Part shown: piece by piece, positions 58,498 through 64,000 of the stretch
How positions within the stretch are numbered: the first letter of the stretch is position 1
How the letters are laid out: every line of letters begins with the position of its first letter
Source of the DNA: Candidatus Saccharimonadota bacterium
Lineage (GTDB): Bacteria; Patescibacteriota; Saccharimonadia; Saccharimonadales; Saccharimonadaceae
Assembly (NCBI GenBank): GCA_028289065.1
Contig: JAQGHA010000016.1
Coordinates: forward strand, 77,460-141,459
Reading direction: 5' to 3'
Length of the DNA stretch: 64,000 nt
Position numbers and translations under genes: made by a program
Notes under the pieces: generated by a model
Seen by the model: the letters and a program-made list of their open reading frames with translations, nothing else
What the model was told of the DNA's origin: nothing
Databases searched by the model: none

Positions 58498-59394
58498 ATG
58501 AAACAGCGACTCTCGGTACGAGCAATTATTAATGAAGATGGTAAAGCGTTGCTGTTACGGCGTAATAATGGCCGTGATTCTATTTTAGGTAAGTACGAAC
58601 TGCCGGGCGGCAAGCTGGCTTATGGCGAACAACCGGAAGATGCGCTGCGTCGGTACTTACACGATGATGCCGGCTTGCATGTTCAATCGGCCCAATTATT
58701 TGATGCTGTCACCTACATCGACTACGACGATCGAGCGATTCAATACGGTGTGATTGTCTACTTAGTAACACTAGCTCCACAGCGCCATCAAATGAAATTA
58801 AGCGGTAATTATAGCAAGTATAAATGGCATACGATGTTGAATGTGCAACAATCTGAGCTCACTGACTTAACACAACTTTTGTTGGGAATAATACAGCAAG
58901 AGCAATTAACAGATATAACTTTAGCAAAAATTAAAAGTAACGATGAAAAAAATGCAACGTCTGATACAGTTACTATTTTCTCCGATGGTGGCTCGCGCGG
59001 AAACCCTGGGCCGTCTGCAGGTGGCTTCGTAATCATTAATAACCGCCAAGAGGTCATTGCCGAAGGTGGAGAATACATTGGTATTACCACCAATAGCCAA
59101 GCCGAATATCAAGGTGTTCGCCTTGGACTGGAAGAAGCTGAAAAACTTGGCTATAAGAAAATTGATTTTAAAGTTGATAGCATGATGGTGGTAAATCAAA
59201 TGAAGGGCTATTACAAAATTAAGAATAGAGAACTATGGCCAATCCACGAACGCATTCTGACACTTATGAAAAAGTTCGACCGCGTTACCTTTACGCACGT
59301 GCCTCGTCAATTTAACCAACTTGCCGATGGTATGGTAAATAAAACCCTTGATGCCCACAAACGTGAAAAATCTATCGAAGCCTCAAATAGTTAA
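58498..59394 (+). CDS. Degenerate NUDIX domain fused to RNase HI
   Basis: ELPGGKLAYGEQPEDALRR; DGGSRGNPG, NSQAEY, VDS, ADGMVN. Confidence 0.88.
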   Translation: MKQRLSVRAIINEDGKALLLRRNNGRDSILGKYELPGGKLAYGEQPEDALRRYLHDDAGLHVQSAQLFDAVTYIDYDDRAIQYGVIVYLVTLAPQRHQMKLSGNYSKYKWHTMLNVQQSELTDLTQLLLGIIQQEQLTDITLAKIKSNDEKNATSDTVTIFSDGGSRGNPGPSAGGFVIINNRQEVIAEGGEYIGITTNSQAEYQGVRLGLEEAEKLGYKKIDFKVDSMMVVNQMKGYYKIKNRELWPIHERILTLMKKFDRVTFTHVPRQFNQLADGMVNKTLDAHKREKSIEASNS

Positions 59395-59409
59395 GGTATA
59401 CTATATAAA

Positions 59410-59740
59410 GGTAGTCAGCTAGACGACCGCTTGCCTTAAAAACAAGAGGAAAGTCCGGGCAGCGCAGGATACGACAGTTGCTAACGGCAACCGGGGGAAA
59501 CCCTAGGGAAAGTGCCACAGAAACAAAACCGCCTAGTAATAGGTAAGGGTGAAATGAGTGGGGTAAGAGCCCACAGCGTCATATGGTGACATATGGAGAA
59601 GGTAAACCCTGTTGGCTGCAAGGAGATTGGTAGTAGAAGAGCGATCCGTTCGCCAGTCGATACCCGCTTGAATGTATCAGCAATGATATATCTAGATAGA
59701 TGGTCGTCCACGACAAAACCCGGCTTACAGGCTGGCTGCC
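59410..59740 (+). ncRNA. rnpB: RNase P RNA (type A)
   Basis: GAGGAAAGTCC, AGTGCCACAGAAA, GGTAAGAG, ACAAAACCCGGCTTA; P1 GGTAGTCAGC/GCTGGCTGCC. Confidence 0.96.
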
Positions 59741-59745
59741 GAATA

Positions 59746-59771
59746 AATAAAACACCTTACGGTGTTTTATT
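59746..59771 (+). terminator. rnpB terminator
   Basis: AATAAAACACC/GGTGTTTTATT. Confidence 0.8.
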
Positions 59772-59859
59772 TATTCGGCAGAGCCGTTATCTATTCTGAA
59801 GAGAACGCCCGTGGGGCGTTCTCTTCGTACTGCGGAAGGTTAGGTTTATATGTAAAACA

Positions 59860-59885
59860 AAATCCCCTCTATAAAGAGGGGATTT
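59860..59885 (-). terminator. rplT operon terminator
   Basis: AAATCCCCTCT/AGAGGGGATTT. Confidence 0.8.
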
Positions 59886-59921
59886 AAAGATTTGCAATGC
59901 TACGTTGTAATGTAAGGAGAA

Positions 59922-60263
59922 TTACTTAGTTGCGTTTACAACAGCGGTGAATGCTGCTGGTTCGCTGACTGCTAGTTCAGAAAGAATTTTGCGGTCGAGG
60001 TCGATGTTTTTTGCCTTTAGGGCAGCAATGAATCGGCCGTAAGTAGTACCTTCAAGCCGTACAGCGGCGTTAATACGTGTAATCCAAAGACCACGTAAGT
60101 CACGGCGACGGTTACGTCGGTCGCGGTATGCGTACTGAAGTGCTCGAGTTACAGCTTGCTTAGCAAGGCGGTAACTACGGGTGCGTGCATGTTGCATACC
60201 CTTAGCTTGTTTTAAAATCTTTTTGTGACGGTTTCGTGCCGTAACGCTTCGTTTTACTCGCAT
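59922..60263 (-). CDS. rplT: 50S ribosomal protein L20
   Basis: [31 protein letters not shown]. Confidence 0.98.
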   Translation of the reverse strand: MRVKRSVTARNRHKKILKQAKGMQHARTRSYRLAKQAVTRALQYAYRDRRNRRRDLRGLWITRINAAVRLEGTTYGRFIAALKAKNIDLDRKILSELAVSEPAAFTAVVNATK

Positions 60264-60264
60264 A

Positions 60265-60459
60265 TTAGATTCCTAGTGCTCGTTTAATGTTTCGTGCTGT
60301 GTTACCAGTTACGGTAGCGGTGGTATTGATGTTACGCTTACGGCTTTTGCTCTTCTTCGCAAGAAGGTGAGCACCGAATGCGCGACGACGGGTTAGCTTA
60401 CCAGTGCTGGTAACCTTGATCCGCTTTGCGGTACCTTTGTGGGTCTTTAACTTTGGCAT
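60265..60459 (-). CDS. rpmI: 50S ribosomal protein L35
   Basis: [13 protein letters not shown]. Confidence 0.98.
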   Translation of the reverse strand: MPKLKTHKGTAKRIKVTSTGKLTRRRAFGAHLLAKKSKSRKRNINTTATVTGNTARNIKRALGI

Positions 60460-60971
60460 TATGATTTACTCCTTATTACAACGCTTAAATTGCGTCCCGC
60501 CATTGTTGGCGTATGCTCAAATACGGCTGTATCTTCTAGTAATTCACCAATTCGGGTCATCATTACGTTTCCAAGTTCCTTGTGGGCCATCTCGCGACCA
60601 CGGTAGAAAATTTGAATACGCACCTTATGTCCGTCGGCTAAGAACTCGCGTACTTTGCGTAGTTTGATGTCCAGGTCACCCTGGCCAATTTTCAAACCGA
60701 AGCGCATTTGCTTGAGTTCACTTGCCTTGTTGCTGCGACGATTCTTTTGGGCTTCTTTCATTTTTTGATACTGAAATTTGCCCCAATCGACGATTTTAGC
60801 AACCGGAGGATCGGCATTAGGAGATATCTCAACCAAGTCTAGTCCGGCTTCCTCGGCAGCTTTCAGTGCGTCTGCACGACTGAGAATGCCAAGTTGTTCA
60901 CCTGATTGTCCGATAACGCGCAGCTCAGAAGCTCTGATTTGCTCGTTGATTCGAGTTGACTGATTAGCGAT
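60459..60971 (-). CDS. infC: Translation initiation factor IF-3 with inferred ATC start
   Basis: Frame extends 45 codons upstream of track ORF (RINEQIRASELRVIG...GLDLVEISP) to ATC preceded by AAGGAG. Confidence 0.92.
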   Translation of the reverse strand: MANQSTRINEQIRASELRVIGQSGEQLGILSRADALKAAEEAGLDLVEISPNADPPVAKIVDWGKFQYQKMKEAQKNRRSNKASELKQMRFGLKIGQGDLDIKLRKVREFLADGHKVRIQIFYRGREMAHKELGNVMMTRIGELLEDTAVFEHTPTMAGRNLSVVIRSKS

Positions 60972-61152
60972 ATACTCTCCTTTTATAACCCTTTACGGGT
61001 ACCGTTGATTGTGAATTGACGGGTCATTAGATGACGTTGCCATTTTTGAGCAGTTACTCAGGCGCTATTATATCAAATTCCAGAAGGGAAGACAAGGGGT
61101 GAGGGTGTCGCCTCCTAATGGTCGATAATTTCTTATTTTACTATGATAAAAT

Positions 61153-61530
61153 ATGGTTATGATTAAAGACAAAAATCCTCCAAAACAGCAATTAAAATTT
61201 TTCACACCTTTAATAATTTTGTGCTTAATATCTTGGATTGTCATCTGGTCGTATATTGCAGCTCAAACGCCGGTCTTTTTTAGAAATATCAACAGCTCTT
61301 TACCGTATCTAGAAAGTGCAGAATGGATGTGGTTTATCGTGCTTACTCCAATCATATTAGCTACCTTTACATTATCCTATAAGCACTTTAGGTTTGATTC
61401 AGTAAACCATTCAAGCTGGGTAAGAGCTATTATTCGTATATTTTTGGCAACAATAATTACCTTGTTAGTAACATATTGTGTTTATAATATATTCTTTTTT
61501 CTTGGATCATTCTTCTATCTATCAAAATAA
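61153..61530 (+). CDS. Small membrane protein (3 TM)
   Basis: Hydrophobic ORF, TG-a-TAAAAT upstream. Confidence 0.65.
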   Translation: MVMIKDKNPPKQQLKFFTPLIILCLISWIVIWSYIAAQTPVFFRNINSSLPYLESAEWMWFIVLTPIILATFTLSYKHFRFDSVNHSSWVRAIIRIFLATIITLLVTYCVYNIFFFLGSFFYLSK

Positions 61531-61604
61531 ATTAAAATTAAGCGCTGGTATTTAAAATGGCCCTTGGGAAATTCCCAAGGGCCACTCTTAAGCGAACGTG
61601 TTAA

Positions 61605-63815
61605 CTATTCTCCAATCTCTTCCGAAACCGTCGTCTTGAATACTTCATGAGCAGAACTGTTCGGATGGAATGTTGCAGGGGGCAGTTTGTTGACAAAAAA
61701 CGAGGGCGAAGTACTACATATATCTTTTCCTTCAAACTTTGAGCTTATATCAACGAAATGAATGCGAGAATCGGTCAAAGCTATATTAGATACAGCTTGA
61801 TCGATTTTTGCGTTTAGGCTCGAGATGACATCTTGTGCACCACGAGCATTGCCCCAGCGGTTATATAGGGGGTTTTCTGCCGTTCCACCAATTATCGATC
61901 CGGTATACATCTCCATGCACAGGGGGTTAGGCAGCTCGGTGGATTCCACGTCCATGGGTACAATCATCGGATAATCCATGACATACAACCCACCACTCGG
62001 TGGCAATTTATCGAGAATAGCCGAATATACATCTTCCAGCTCTGTATCAAGCAAATCAATGCTTGCCATAGTAGTGTCGTAGATAGTGCTGTATTCGTCG
62101 CACGGTCCGATTACGCATGCAGTTGCATACTCGGTAAACCCTATATCATTACCACCGATAGTGAGGGTAACCAAGTCTGTTCCGTCGACAACTGTATTAA
62201 TCTGTCTCGGTTCATTCCATTGTCCGGAGCCAGTAATATTGGATGTAACTGCTCCAGAACATGACGCGAATGCCGTAAGATTCAAGTTCAAACTAGAATC
62301 TTTCTCCAGAAGCTCAGGATAGGCGTCTTTGCTGCGATGACATTCATCTACGCTTGGTACATCTGTTCCATATAAGAAAGGATCATTACCTTCACCACTC
62401 GAGAATGAATCTCCTAAGGCGACGTAATTTAACTTGTCGCTTTCGTAGCCGTTTCGGTCATAGTCATTCTTAAGGGGTGTTCCAAAGCCGGTCAGTTCCG
62501 CCTTGTATACCCACATGTCGGGCGCCGTGCTTGAACTAAAGCAGTCCGTTGACGAGCCTCTGCAAATGGGCATATAAAGGTTTCCACCGGCAATTGATCG
62601 ATCGATGAAAGTAGCGAAAGTGTACAGGTTCGGGTACGCTCCCGTGCCGTCGCTTGTTTCAAACAGCAGGTTAGTAGGCGTTCCTGTGCCCGCATCAATC
62701 AAATCCACCGAAATGGCTTTGTTGACACCTGTGCTATCACTATATGACCAGAGGACTATTGCATTACCGTTCTCGTCTTCTACGTACCCAATAGTACTAC
62801 CGTACATGTAGCTGGTTGTATTAGCGAGATTCGAACTTGAAACCGTGTCATTAGAAAGATCGAATCTATCGATTCTACGGTTATTCGGCGAGACGCCCAC
62901 GACACTTCCGTCACCAGTTAGGTAAAGCTGTTGAATATTCGGAAATGCGAAAGTGTCTGGAATTATACCAACATCGCTGTTTGCCTTGTGGTATAGCAGC
63001 GTTGCATAGGCAGAACCACCCCGCGTCATTACAAACACGGTTCCTTCATCATTCGCTCGAATGTGATCAATACGCTGACCGCTCGGAATGGGGAACTGGT
63101 ATTGTGCAACCGTGTCTTCTACGCCCGCATAGCTAAATTCTCGCAGCATTCCAGTCCTATTTACAACTACGAGCTTGTCGTCGTATGTGTAAACCTTTGG
63201 CTCGGTTATACCTCCAGCGCTAGGTTCTTTGCCTATCGCTTGGTCGATTAAAACAGCACCCGTATTCTTGTTGACCGCGAAAAGCCTATCATCGCACGTT
63301 GACGGAATTACTCCCGGCGTCAGCACCATATAGACATTGCCGTCAGGCCCTTCGCTCATGGAGTGTGGGAACATTTTTCCATCGTAAGACGAACTGTATA
63401 TATTGCAGGTTGTCGATGAAGTTGTTGCGGTTGACCACAGTTGACGACCATTTTTCCAGGACGCTAGTTCTGTGTAGCCTAAGCTGGGTCGCTTAGTTCC
63501 ATACACTGTACCGTCGCTGAATGCTTGTGTGCCATCGTTTCCGCAATCAGTTGCAGTACTGGACGAGCCAGCTAGTGTGCTTTTTTTCTGGCCATCGTTA
63601 CTGAGATAAATCGCGCTTGGAGCTGTTGGATACGACGTATCACATGCGACTGCAGTGAAATTTCCGTTATCGAATCCGACTATACTCGTCGCCCGAATAC
63701 CTTCAAGCTCGATTGGCCAGGTTGTTGTTGCTTCTGCATCGCTTACCGATGCAGAAGTGGTAATGCCTGCACTCAGCAGACATAGTGCTGCAATAGCACT
63801 TATCCATTTCCTCAT
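61605..63815 (-). CDS. Secreted SGNH/GDSL hydrolase with large N-terminal beta-rich domain
   Basis: Signal peptide; VALGDSFSSGEG, TIGGND, FHPN. Confidence 0.85.
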   Translation of the reverse strand: MRKWISAIAALCLLSAGITTSASVSDAEATTTWPIELEGIRATSIVGFDNGNFTAVACDTSYPTAPSAIYLSNDGQKKSTLAGSSSTATDCGNDGTQAFSDGTVYGTKRPSLGYTELASWKNGRQLWSTATTSSTTCNIYSSSYDGKMFPHSMSEGPDGNVYMVLTPGVIPSTCDDRLFAVNKNTGAVLIDQAIGKEPSAGGITEPKVYTYDDKLVVVNRTGMLREFSYAGVEDTVAQYQFPIPSGQRIDHIRANDEGTVFVMTRGGSAYATLLYHKANSDVGIIPDTFAFPNIQQLYLTGDGSVVGVSPNNRRIDRFDLSNDTVSSSNLANTTSYMYGSTIGYVEDENGNAIVLWSYSDSTGVNKAISVDLIDAGTGTPTNLLFETSDGTGAYPNLYTFATFIDRSIAGGNLYMPICRGSSTDCFSSSTAPDMWVYKAELTGFGTPLKNDYDRNGYESDKLNYVALGDSFSSGEGNDPFLYGTDVPSVDECHRSKDAYPELLEKDSSLNLNLTAFASCSGAVTSNITGSGQWNEPRQINTVVDGTDLVTLTIGGNDIGFTEYATACVIGPCDEYSTIYDTTMASIDLLDTELEDVYSAILDKLPPSGGLYVMDYPMIVPMDVESTELPNPLCMEMYTGSIIGGTAENPLYNRWGNARGAQDVISSLNAKIDQAVSNIALTDSRIHFVDISSKFEGKDICSTSPSFFVNKLPPATFHPNSSAHEVFKTTVSEEIGE

Positions 63816-63974
63816 GATATTCCTTTGTTAAAGAACAAACTCACGGCAAATTGCACGTGAGCTTACTAATGCTCGCTGAAGAGCATTAGTAGTTTAGCGG
63901 TAGAGCTAGATATCGTCAAGCATAAGAAAATGGTAACAGCTACGTGCGAAGTCCGGTTATGCTAAAGTAACAGT

Positions 63975-64000
63975 ATGAATGAATCAGAAAAAATAATTAG
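63975..64000 (+). CDS. Possible start of a gene running off the window
   Basis: ATG 6 nt after TG-c-TAAAGT; only 8 codons visible. Confidence 0.3.

Noticed and set aside
1-64000. CRISPR array, IS elements, toxin-antitoxin or restriction systems, rRNA
   Set aside because: No spaced direct repeats, transposase, methylase/nuclease or rRNA signatures recognised by eye

Overview
Chromosomal segment of a streamlined bacterium, most likely Candidatus Saccharibacteria (TM7/CPR). This is inferred from gene content and synteny only; no database search was run. Genetic code 11, most core genes on the + strand. Core content: pnp, two RNase J paralogs, ABC-F, family-4 UDG, ftsK, rpsF-ssb-rpsR-efp-tlyA, ychF, a secretin-less type IV pilus cluster (~21.2-35.5 kb), a Xer recombinase, uppP, ndk, Mn-SOD, thrS operon, miaA, dut, rpmB, an HrpA-like helicase, a site-2 protease, a NUDIX-RNase H fusion, RNase P RNA, infC(ATC start)-rpmI-rplT, four tRNAs and a secreted SGNH hydrolase. 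No CRISPR, transposase or phage structural genes were seen. Most interesting unexplained structure: (1) seven dispersed single-gene units with a GC-rich, SD-led orphan ORF behind an AT-rich sigma70-type promoter and a long 3' hairpin, two of which share the same leader architecture; (2) a T-box antiterminator core upstream of thrS without a recognisable canonical Stem I; (3) two unannotated structured RNAs, one 6S-like; (4) widespread apparently leaderless genes, including an unannotated 41-aa ORF.
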